Positions 1 through 7,680 of a stretch of 64,000 nt of DNA are shown here, one piece after another. Numbering within the stretch: position 1 is the first letter of the stretch; each line of letters begins with the position of its first letter. The DNA comes from Syntrophales bacterium. GTDB taxonomy: Bacteria > Desulfobacterota > Syntrophia > Syntrophales > UBA5619. The position numbers and the translations under genes were made by a program. Under the pieces are notes generated by a model. It made no database searches. It was not told the DNA's origin and was given only the letters and a program-made list of their open reading frames with translations. Where the stretch lies: assembly GCA_023229765.1 (NCBI GenBank), contig JALNYO010000010.1:40003-104002 (forward strand). The letters run 5' to 3'.

Positions 1-1640
1 AGGGCGCCGGCTGCCGTTACCGCCTGCAACAGCCACTGCCAAGATATTGCAATTATTCCAAATAGTTCAAGGTAAAGGGTGGCGTCCGCCAGGAACAGCT
101 CCATTTCGCCTTTTGACCTTATCTCTAACAACGCTGTCGTGATTTCCCTTAGAGTTTCCATCGCCTCGGCTAAGGCTGCGGCGCAACTCTCGCACTCCGG
201 AATGGCCTTTCCTGCCGCGATGGTCTTTTCGAGTTCTCCCAGAAACAAAAGGAACGCCTTGCCGTCTTTCATGACCACCTTGCGTCCCAAAAGGTCTATC
301 CCCTGGATGCCGGTTGTTCCTTCGTGGATCGGGTGGATCCGGACATCGCGGTAGTACTGCTCCAAGGGAAACTCGTCGCAGTAGCCATATCCGCCGAGGC
401 ACTGGAGACCCTGGCTGACCGAGAGAATGCCCATCTCTGCCGGATAGCTCTTGGCGATCGGCGTGAGAAGATCAAGCAGGAGCGAATATCTTTCCCGCTC
501 CTCCCCCGTTGTAACGGACGACAAATCAACATAGCGTGCACATTGGAGAGTCAGGGAAAGCGAACCTTCGACGACCGCGCGCTGAAAGAGAAGCATCCTT
601 TTTACATCGGCATGCTCTATGATCGGAACCTGAGGCGTCAGCGGCTCTTTGGCCATTACTGGGCGGCCCTGAGGTCTCTGTTTTGCGTATTCCCAAGACG
701 CGTAATAGGCTGCGGAGGCGATCGCCGCCGCCCCCATCCCCGCATAGATTCTCTCTTCGTTCATCATCTGGAACATATAACTCAATCCATTGTTGGGTTT
801 ACCGACCAGCCAGCCCCGGCAGTCGTCGTTGTCGCCCAAAGAAAGTTGGGTTATCGGGGCGCCGCGGTAACCGAGCTTATGGTATATCCCTATGCATTCC
901 AGATCGTTGGTAATTATCCCGCCGTTCCCATCTGGTCTCTTTTTAGGGACAACAAAAAGGGATATCCCTTTTACACCGGGAGGCGCTCCCTCAATTCTGG
1001 CCAGCAGTAAATTTACAATGTTCTCCGTTGATTCATATTCGGAACAGGAGATAAATATTTTCTGCCCTTTGATTTTGTAATAGCCTTCAGAGGTAGGATA
1101 GGCCGTAGTAGTGAGGTCGGTAAGCGAAGAGCCGGCCTGAGGCTCTGTCAGGGCCATCGTTCCCTGCCACTCGCCCGCAAACATCTTAGGTACATAAGTT
1201 TTAAGCAGTTCGGGAGAGCCGAAGGAGGTGATAAGATGGGCGGCATCGGCTGTCAGAAAAGGATAAACGGAAGCCGAGTAATTAGCCGCGCAAAAGATCC
1301 CCCAGAAGGATGTCATTATTATATTGGGAATCTGCTGCCCTCCGTGTTCATACGAATCCTGCGCGCCGATCCACCCCCCCTCGCCGCAGGCCTTCATAAC
1401 CTGCGCGGCCAAAGGATGCACAAACACCTTTCCCTCTCTGAACTCAGGAGGTTTCTTGTCCATTTCGTTCAAGTATGGATAAAGCAAGTCTTTTCCCATT
1501 CTCATCGCTGTATCTATAACCATATCGAATGTTTCTTTGCTGTGATCCTCAAAATAGGGATATTTTGTAAGCGCGGTCGCATCGAACATTTCGTGCAATA
1601 AAAATTGAAGATTTCTCAAACTGATAAACTTTTCTGCCAT
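1..1640 (-). CDS. Acyl-CoA dehydrogenase, long (>540 aa) type; C-terminus truncated by window edge
   Basis: Own reverse-strand translation from ATG at 1640-1638 reads MAEKFISLRNLQFLLHEMFD...GEWQGTMALTEPQAGSSLTDL...YRDVRIHPIHEGTTGIQGIDLLGRK and stays open to nt 1. It is absent from the ORF track because it has no stop in the window. A purine-rich RBS (AAGAGGATGAGGGAAAGG) lies upstream. The short ORFs listed in 67-1601 are out of frame or antisense to it. Confidence 0.85.
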   Translation of the reverse strand, partial: MAEKFISLRNLQFLLHEMFDATALTKYPYFEDHSKETFDMVIDTAMRMGKDLLYPYLNEMDKKPPEFREGKVFVHPLAAQVMKACGEGGWIGAQDSYEHGGQQIPNIIMTSFWGIFCAANYSASVYPFLTADAAHLITSFGSPELLKTYVPKMFAGEWQGTMALTEPQAGSSLTDLTTTAYPTSEGYYKIKGQKIFISCSEYESTENIVNLLLARIEGAPPGVKGISLFVVPKKRPDGNGGIITNDLECIGIYHKLGYRGAPITQLSLGDNDDCRGWLVGKPNNGLSYMFQMMNEERIYAGMGAAAIASAAYYASWEYAKQRPQGRPVMAKEPLTPQVPIIEHADVKRMLLFQRAVVEGSLSLTLQCARYVDLSSVTTGEERERYSLLLDLLTPIAKSYPAEMGILSVSQGLQCLGGYGYCDEFPLEQYYRDVRIHPIHEGTTGIQGIDLLGRKVVMKDGKAFLLFLGELEKTIAAGKAIPECESCAAALAEAMETLREITTALLEIRSKGEMELFLADATLYLELFGIIAISWQWLLQAVTAAGA

Positions 1641-1659
1641 TGCCTTTCCCTCATCCTCT

Positions 1660-2031
1660 TTAAAGTTGCAACATTCGGGACAAAAAATCGTTCAAATCCG
1701 TTGAGTCCACCTGCCCCAGGAGACGGCCTTTTTCAATTCCATTCATAAATAGCAGGAAAGTCGGAGTCCCCTTGACAGCAAAACTTTCCCTGAATGTTCT
1801 TAAAGCCTCATCCCCTAACAAATATACCTTCAATCTTCCTGCATAGTTTGTGCAAATATCTTTAATGGAGCCTATTTGTTCTTTGAATTCTGGGTCATGG
1901 CGCATAAATAAAACCAATACCGGGTTGCTGTCTTTAAGAACCTTCTCCTCGAATTCATCCAACCCAAGGGAAGCGATTGTCTTTTCGCTGTCTGAAAATT
2001 CATTTTCATTGGTTTTTTCTACAAGGATCAT
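1660..2031 (-). CDS. Thioredoxin-fold protein lacking the CxxC redox motif
   Basis: 123 aa with a thioredoxin-like pattern (PVLVLFMRHD...GTPTFLLF). The position of the WCGPC motif reads FMRHDPEFK, so no redox cysteines are present. It sits 19 nt upstream of the acyl-CoA dehydrogenase gene on the same strand. Confidence 0.5.
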   Translation of the reverse strand: MILVEKTNENEFSDSEKTIASLGLDEFEEKVLKDSNPVLVLFMRHDPEFKEQIGSIKDICTNYAGRLKVYLLGDEALRTFRESFAVKGTPTFLLFMNGIEKGRLLGQVDSTDLNDFLSRMLQL

Positions 2032-2165
2032 CTAATCTCTCGCCGTTCCTGGCTTGCAGAGGCATGAGCATTCACTCACAGCTTTGACAGGCTATCTTTT
2101 CATGGACATTTTCCCTTCCGGTTCCAGCTCATTTTGTAAATTTACAGCGTTTCATGCCTGGCGTA

Positions 2166-2181
2166 TGCAATCGGAATACCA
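2166..2181 (-). promoter_or_regulatory. Candidate sigma-54 (-24/-12) promoter for the thioredoxin-like/acyl-CoA dehydrogenase operon
   Basis: The minus strand reads TGGTATTCCGATTGCA, against the consensus TGGCAC-N5-TTGCW. GG and GC have the correct 12-nt register. The site is about 135 nt upstream of the ATG at 2031. Confidence 0.45.
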
Positions 2182-2319
2182 AAAGAAAGATATGGAGCGG
2201 TAAGTTTTTTTATCTAATGATTGAACGATATTAAACAAAGAAAATAACGGCGGATTACCACAATTGGGATGGATAATGTCGCATGCAACAATTGTGTATC
2301 ACTACATCTTTGTCGCATA

Positions 2320-4113
2320 CTACACATTCTCGGGTTTTGAGATATGATGCATTTTGATTTTTCTGTACAGGGTGCTTCGATCCATTCTTAAAAGACGGGC
2401 AGCTTTTGCTTTGTTCCAGTCGGTCTTGTGCAGCGCCTCGATAATCGCTCCCGGTCCCTCTTTGGACTCTTTTTTGAGTATCGACATCTTGCCTGTCAAA
2501 TATGCTGTTATTTCGGGTGGGATGTTCTCAATAACTATCAGCGGTCCCCGGCAAATGACAAAAGCGCTTTCCAAACTATGCTCCAGCTCTCGAACGTTTC
2601 CGGGCCAGGGATAGCTCATAAATGCCTTAAACACCCGGTCCGAAACCCCTTCTACATTCTTGTGGAATCTCTTGTTGAACAAATTACAGAAACTGCCAAC
2701 CAGCAGAGGAATGTCGTCGAGCCTTTCCCGGAGCGGCGGCATCGGCACCTCGACTACTTTCAGACGATAATAAAGGTCCTCCCGGAATTCCCCCAACCTG
2801 ATTTTTTCTTTCAGGTTTGCGTTTGTACAGGCAATAACTCGCACGTCAACCTTGATGGGGATAGATTCTCCAACCCTTTCAAATTCCTTTTCTTCAAGGA
2901 TTCTCAAAAGCTTCAACTGTATTCTGGGTGAAACGTCGCCTATTTCGTCTAAAATGATCGTCCCGCCCTGCGCAGACAGGAAGCGACCCTGGGAGTCTTT
3001 TATGGCGCCTGTAAAGGCCCCTTTGACATGGCCAAACAGCTCACTTTCCAGTAATGTTTCCGGCAACGCGGAGCAATTCACCGTTACCACGGGCTTGAGA
3101 ACCCTATTGCCGCTGTAATGGATGGCCTTGGCCGCCAATGATTTCCCCGTTCCGCTCTCTCCCGTAATCAGGACATTGGTTTCTAAATTAGCCAGATCTT
3201 CCAGCAGTTCATAGATGTTTTGCATCTTTTTGCTCTTGCCAATAATATTCTGAAATTGGTGTCTCTCTCTGAGCTCACGCTCCAGGTTGCTGAGGTGGGT
3301 TATATCCCTTATGACAAGAACCGTCCCATTGAATTCACCTTTCCTTCCCAGCAGCGGCAAACTTGTTGCGACGACTATCTGGAGCGGTTTTTTTGCATGT
3401 TCACATTCAATTCTGTATTCTTTGACATTGGCATCCTTCCTGAACGGCTGATTAAATAATTCCAGGCAGGATTTATTGCAGTCTGTCAGGCATTCGCTGA
3501 ATCGCTCCCCAATAATCGTCTTACGCTCTATCCCGCAAATATTATTGGTGGCATCATTTGCCTCAATCGCCACCCCGTCCTTATCTACGGTAATTATCGC
3601 ATCTTTTACGCTTCCAAAAATTGCCTGCATGAGATTGCGGTGTTTTTCCAAATCTTCTTCGGTCCGCTTCCGCTCTGTAATATCCCTCACAACACTTCTG
3701 AACCCAACCGGCCGGCCTTGCGAATCCTTTATCAGAGAGATTGAGTTTTCGATATTTCGGCTGATCCCGTCTTTTCTATTTATTTCGTATGTGAATGACT
3801 TGTTGGGCATTCCCGTCCGGAAGGTTTTATTGTATGCGTCATAAACGACTGTCGCCATACCTTCTTCCATGTACTTGCGAAAATCAAGGCCAAGAAGCTC
3901 CTCCTCCGGATATCCGATAATGTCGCGAAACGAATCATTCCAGAATACCAGTCTGCCCTTAAGATCAACCTCTATGTAACCCTCTTCAATATTCTGAAGG
4001 ACCGCCTGCTGCCTTCCCTCGACGTCTGGCATTGCCGCCTCAAATTTTTCCGCTTCCGGAACAGAGCTATTCGAAGGTGTGGTCATTTTTTTTAAATTAT
4101 AGTCGTATGCCAT
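2320..4113 (-). CDS. Sigma-54-dependent transcriptional activator (PAS-PAS-AAA+-Fis HTH)
   Basis: 597 aa. Two PAS-like segments sit at the N-terminus. The AAA+ domain has Walker A GESGTGKSLAAKAIH and the sigma-54 contact loop KGAFTGA. The C-terminal Fis-type HTH reads AARLLRMDRSTLYRKIK. Confidence 0.9.
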   Translation of the reverse strand: MAYDYNLKKMTTPSNSSVPEAEKFEAAMPDVEGRQQAVLQNIEEGYIEVDLKGRLVFWNDSFRDIIGYPEEELLGLDFRKYMEEGMATVVYDAYNKTFRTGMPNKSFTYEINRKDGISRNIENSISLIKDSQGRPVGFRSVVRDITERKRTEEDLEKHRNLMQAIFGSVKDAIITVDKDGVAIEANDATNNICGIERKTIIGERFSECLTDCNKSCLELFNQPFRKDANVKEYRIECEHAKKPLQIVVATSLPLLGRKGEFNGTVLVIRDITHLSNLERELRERHQFQNIIGKSKKMQNIYELLEDLANLETNVLITGESGTGKSLAAKAIHYSGNRVLKPVVTVNCSALPETLLESELFGHVKGAFTGAIKDSQGRFLSAQGGTIILDEIGDVSPRIQLKLLRILEEKEFERVGESIPIKVDVRVIACTNANLKEKIRLGEFREDLYYRLKVVEVPMPPLRERLDDIPLLVGSFCNLFNKRFHKNVEGVSDRVFKAFMSYPWPGNVRELEHSLESAFVICRGPLIVIENIPPEITAYLTGKMSILKKESKEGPGAIIEALHKTDWNKAKAARLLRMDRSTLYRKIKMHHISKPENV

Positions 4114-4297
4114 AAGGGTTCTGCCTCTGCAGGGAGCATCTGCTCAGCACTACAAAAAAACGGTTTTTGTGAATTAAGAAAATATAAATATCACGGCAGT
4201 TAATTCGTGAAGACCTTACTTTGTTTATGAGTAGTATATCCCCCGCTTCAAATGCAAGCAAAAAGTAAATTTACTTTCGAGGCAATTGCAAAACCAT

Positions 4298-4406
4298 TTG
4301 TCATTCCCGAATGTCTCTATCGGGAAAGCGAAGCTTAATGTTCATAATATGGTTTTTCAAGCAGTTAGAACCAGATTCCCGCTCAGAATCGTTGCGGGCA
4401 TGACAA
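4298..4406. mobile_element. MITE-like element copy B (109 bp) with about 30-nt hairpin-containing terminal inverted repeats
   Basis: The left end is TTGTCATTCCCGAATGTCTCTATCGGGAA and the right end is CCCGCTCAGAATCGTTGCGGGCATGACAA. The left end is near-identical to the copy at 61856-61936. No coding capacity is credible. Confidence 0.5.
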
Positions 4407-4516
4407 GAATGGGGAGTTTTGCAATTACCTCTTTTTTCTGTACAATTGCGGCGGACGGGAATAATATTATGCCCAGATGCGGCGGTTAGCGTACGACCAC
4501 ATTAAAATTATCAAAG

Positions 4517-4553
4517 TGATAGCGTATTATGTATCATGATGATAGCATATCAT
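4517..4553. promoter_or_regulatory. Tandem inverted repeats, candidate enhancer (UAS) for the sigma-54 activator
   Basis: TGATA-N10-TATCA at 4517-4536 and ATGATA-N3-TATCAT at 4539-4553. They lie 90-125 nt upstream of the -24/-12 element at 4641-4656. Confidence 0.35.
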
Positions 4554-4640
4554 ATATTTACGACTTAGTTTTAAGTTTATTCAATGCTTATTATTTCATA
4601 ATTATATGAAATTAAATGCAAAAAAATTATTTTCTCCCAT

Positions 4641-4656
4641 GGGCATGCCTATTGCT
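4641..4656 (+). promoter_or_regulatory. Candidate sigma-54 (-24/-12) promoter for the molybdopterin oxidoreductase gene
   Basis: GGGCATGCCTATTGCT matches TGGCAC-N5-TTGCW at GG, CA, G, TTGC and T with exact spacing. It is about 185 nt upstream of the start at 4840. The activator gene is divergent. Confidence 0.6.
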
Positions 4657-4839
4657 TTAAATATAATGGAATTGTTTTTAGAAAAGGAAGGTTCTTTGCA
4701 GCAGATGGAGAGCGTTAATACGTAAGGCATAAAGGAACCCCTGTCCCAAAGCCTGTTTTGTCTGAGAGGGTGTCGTTTCAGGAGAGATATTTCCCGGCAG
4801 GGTTTCGGAAACCAACAGAGATAGAAAGGAGATAGGAAA

Positions 4840-6888
4840 TTGGCGCAAACAGTTGAAGTGCTCACGGATTGCAGTCTATGTTATCATAGCTGCGGGTGCA
4901 AAGTCACCGTGGAGGATGGGAAGGCAGTAAAGGTTGAGGGTCTGGAGTCGCATCCTCTCAACCATGGTCAGCTCTGCCCGAAGGGATTAGGCACGCTGGA
5001 TAATGTGTACAGCCCGGCACGGATAAAGCACCCATTGAAGAAGGTGGGAGGGGTATTTCAGGAGATTTCGTGGGATCAAGCCCTGGACGAGATTGCGGCT
5101 AAACTTAAGGGTCTCAAGGAGCAGTTTGGCGCCCAGGTTTTGGGTGTTTTCTCCGGTTCGATCGGCGTGGAGAATCTGGAGATGGCAAGCCTGGTGCAGT
5201 TGTTTAAGGCCGCTTTCGGATCGCCCAATTTTTTCTCGGTGGAAAGCGTCTGCTACCGGATGCGCATTCGCACCCGACAGATCACCTTTGGCAAATACCC
5301 TACTGAAGAATTGGATTCCAAGCTTTACATTATCTGGGGACACAACCCCGAGCAATCGGATTTTCCACTCGAGCTTGCCCTTGAGGAGAATTTAGCCAAG
5401 GGCGCCAAACTGGTTGTCATTGATCCCAGGCGCATCAAGCTTGCCGACCGCGCCGACATGTATATGCAGATCAGGCCGGGAACGGATGGCGCCATGGCCC
5501 TGGCAATGATGAATGTAATCATCAATGAGAAGCTTTATGACCAGGATTTCATCGATAAGTACACGATGGGATTCGACAAGCTGGTTCCGCATGTGCAGCA
5601 ATACACCCCGGAATGGGCAGAGAAGATCACATGGGTCAAGGCGGAGGATATCCGGAAGTTAGCCCGAATGTTCGCAGGCACAAAAGGGGCAAGCATCTTT
5701 CAGGGCACCTGCACGCAGGATCAGACGGCCAATGGCACGCAGAACAGTCGCGCCTTTGCGATCCTGCAAATCATTACGGGCAACATCAATGTTCCCGGCG
5801 CCTGGACAATCAGCCCGCGCATTGCCTTTGGCAACGCGGGGATTCGTGTGGATGGAGATCCGATAGGTTCACATAAGTATCCTCTCTTCTTTGAGGTATG
5901 GGGCCGCAAAAGCCCCTATGGGGTGGTGACGCTGGTTCCCGAAAGCATCCCCGACAAGCTGAAGGCATTCATTGTGGTAGGCGGCAATCCCCTTGTCTCC
6001 ATGCCTGATACAAATGCCTTCACGGAAGCTTTCCGGAAGCTGGATCTTTTAGTGGTGCACGACCTGTTCATGACCGATACCGCCCGGGAGGCCCATTATG
6101 TGCTTCCGGCCTGTTCCCATCTCGAAAAATGGGGAGTGGCTTATACCTACAATGTTTGCCACTGCCTGCCTTTTTTGATGTTGCGGAAGAAATGCATTGA
6201 GCCGTATTACGACAGCTGGTCGGAATGGAAGCTTCTTACCGAACTTGCCCGGAGACTGGGCTTGGACGAATTCTTTCCCTGGAAGACGGAAGAAGAGCTT
6301 GTGGCTTTTGAACTTTCCAAGACAGGCCTTTCCTTCGATTACCTGCTTCATGAAAAGCCCGAAGGAGATTACTATCAACAGAAGGAATACGGCTTCAAGA
6401 GCGACCAGTTTTCAACCCCCTCGAAAAAGATAGAAATCTACAGCGAGGCACTGGAGAAGGTCGGGTTCGACCCGCTCCCCACCTATCTGGAGCCGTTGAG
6501 AAGTCCGGTGAACAGTTCCCCGGCATCGCTGAAGAAATATCCGCTGATACTTTCTACCGGGTTAAGAAGTCTCTATTACACCCACAGCCAGCACCGGGGA
6601 ATTTCGGAGCTGCATGAAAAGAATCCGGAGCCCTTCTTTGAAATGGGTCCCCTTACCGCTGCGCAGTATGGGGTTATGGATGGAGATGGAGTGGAGGTTG
6701 AAACGAATCGGGGTAAAGTGACGATGAAAGCCCACGTGGACGAAAGGGTTGCAGAAGGAATGGTGATTGTGCCGCACGGCTGGACCGGTAAGGCCAACGT
6801 CAATCTGCTTACGGATGTTAAATGTCTGGAGCCCATCATGGGCTATCCGGATATGAAATCACTGATGTGTTCAATAAGAAAGATTTAG
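4840..6888 (+). CDS. Cytoplasmic molybdopterin (bis-MGD, DMSO-reductase superfamily) oxidoreductase, substrate unknown
   Basis: 682 aa. The N-terminal motif CSLCYHSCGC...CPKG is a 4Fe-4S motif typical of formate-dehydrogenase/acetylene-hydratase-like enzymes. No Tat or Sec signal is present. TTG start at 4840, 8 nt after AAGGAG. Confidence 0.8.
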   Translation: MAQTVEVLTDCSLCYHSCGCKVTVEDGKAVKVEGLESHPLNHGQLCPKGLGTLDNVYSPARIKHPLKKVGGVFQEISWDQALDEIAAKLKGLKEQFGAQVLGVFSGSIGVENLEMASLVQLFKAAFGSPNFFSVESVCYRMRIRTRQITFGKYPTEELDSKLYIIWGHNPEQSDFPLELALEENLAKGAKLVVIDPRRIKLADRADMYMQIRPGTDGAMALAMMNVIINEKLYDQDFIDKYTMGFDKLVPHVQQYTPEWAEKITWVKAEDIRKLARMFAGTKGASIFQGTCTQDQTANGTQNSRAFAILQIITGNINVPGAWTISPRIAFGNAGIRVDGDPIGSHKYPLFFEVWGRKSPYGVVTLVPESIPDKLKAFIVVGGNPLVSMPDTNAFTEAFRKLDLLVVHDLFMTDTAREAHYVLPACSHLEKWGVAYTYNVCHCLPFLMLRKKCIEPYYDSWSEWKLLTELARRLGLDEFFPWKTEEELVAFELSKTGLSFDYLLHEKPEGDYYQQKEYGFKSDQFSTPSKKIEIYSEALEKVGFDPLPTYLEPLRSPVNSSPASLKKYPLILSTGLRSLYYTHSQHRGISELHEKNPEPFFEMGPLTAAQYGVMDGDGVEVETNRGKVTMKAHVDERVAEGMVIVPHGWTGKANVNLLTDVKCLEPIMGYPDMKSLMCSIRKI

Positions 6889-6971
6889 AAAAGCGGAAGG
6901 CGGATGTCGATCTTCAATGGTCGGCATCCAACCGCTCCTGCCGCCAGGGATTTTTGATAAACCTGATAAAA

Positions 6972-7027
6972 GCGGCGTGAGACAGACACCCTAACCCGGG
7001 TCTTGTCTCACACCGCTTTTAAAAAAA
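6972..7027. terminator. Bidirectional rho-independent terminator between convergent Mo-enzyme gene and bamI
   Basis: The stem is GCGGCGTGAGACA / TGTCTCACACCGC (13 bp, one mismatch). It is followed by TTTTAAAAAAA and preceded by an A-run, which gives a U-tract on both strands. Confidence 0.65.
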
Positions 7028-7045
7028 CTCGATAGAGACTGTTTC

Positions 7046-7660
7046 CTATTTATCCGCAGCCGACGCCTGGGAAATCTGGGGAAACGCAAACGCTTCGGCT
7101 AAGACGAAAGCGGACTGCAAGGCCGATGTAGGACAGAGCGAGAAGCATTCCTTGCAGCTATCACACTCCTTAGAGGCTATCTCCGGCACAAAAACTATCT
7201 CTCTTGTCGTCCCCCTGTCAACAAAAGTAACAGCGTTTTTCTTCTTTATTTCAGCGCAATATCTTACACATAGGCCGCAAAGAATGCAAAAAGAAGGCTC
7301 TTTCCCAAAGCGGTTTTTGTCTGCCCCATACTCCGTTGTCAATGCTTGCAAAACCGGCGCATCAGGGGCATGTGCCAGCATCAGCTCCAGAATGGTTCTG
7401 CGAATATTGATTACATTCTCCGATTTTGTTCTTACCACTAAATTATCTTCTACCGGGCAGGAGCAGGCAGTGTCGAGATTTATTCTACCCTTTTTTTCTA
7501 TTTCCACCGTGCAAATTCTACAGGCAGTATAGGGTTTCAACTTCTCATGATGACAAAGGGTAGGGATGGCGATGCCGGCGCTGAGCGCCGCTTCAAGAAC
7601 GGTCATGCCCTCTTTTGCTTTTACCTCTTTGTCATCAATCTTCAAGGTGACTGCACCCAT
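7046..7660 (-). CDS. bamI: Class II benzoyl-CoA reductase subunit BamI (NuoG-N-terminal-like 2Fe-2S/4Fe-4S protein)
   Basis: 204 aa with plant-type ferredoxin and 4Fe-4S cysteine patterns (TLCHH...CRICTVE...CILCGLCVRYC...CDSCKECFSLCP). It is the last gene of the bamB-I-ordered cluster. Confidence 0.75.
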   Translation of the reverse strand: MGAVTLKIDDKEVKAKEGMTVLEAALSAGIAIPTLCHHEKLKPYTACRICTVEIEKKGRINLDTACSCPVEDNLVVRTKSENVINIRRTILELMLAHAPDAPVLQALTTEYGADKNRFGKEPSFCILCGLCVRYCAEIKKKNAVTFVDRGTTREIVFVPEIASKECDSCKECFSLCPTSALQSAFVLAEAFAFPQISQASAADK

Positions 7661-7680
7661 TTTTTTACCTCACTTGTCTA

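Noticed and set aside
67-1601. Several 60-230-aa ORFs supplied for the first 1.6 kb, for example 324-1010 (+) and 1236-1601 (+).
   Set aside because: The region is fully explained by one long minus-strand acyl-CoA dehydrogenase reading frame that runs off the window edge. The listed ORFs are out of frame or antisense.
4286-4489. 67-aa ORF in the regulator/Mo-enzyme intergenic region.
   Set aside because: It is a read-through of the MITE-like repeat (4298-4406). It has no RBS and is not credible as a protein.
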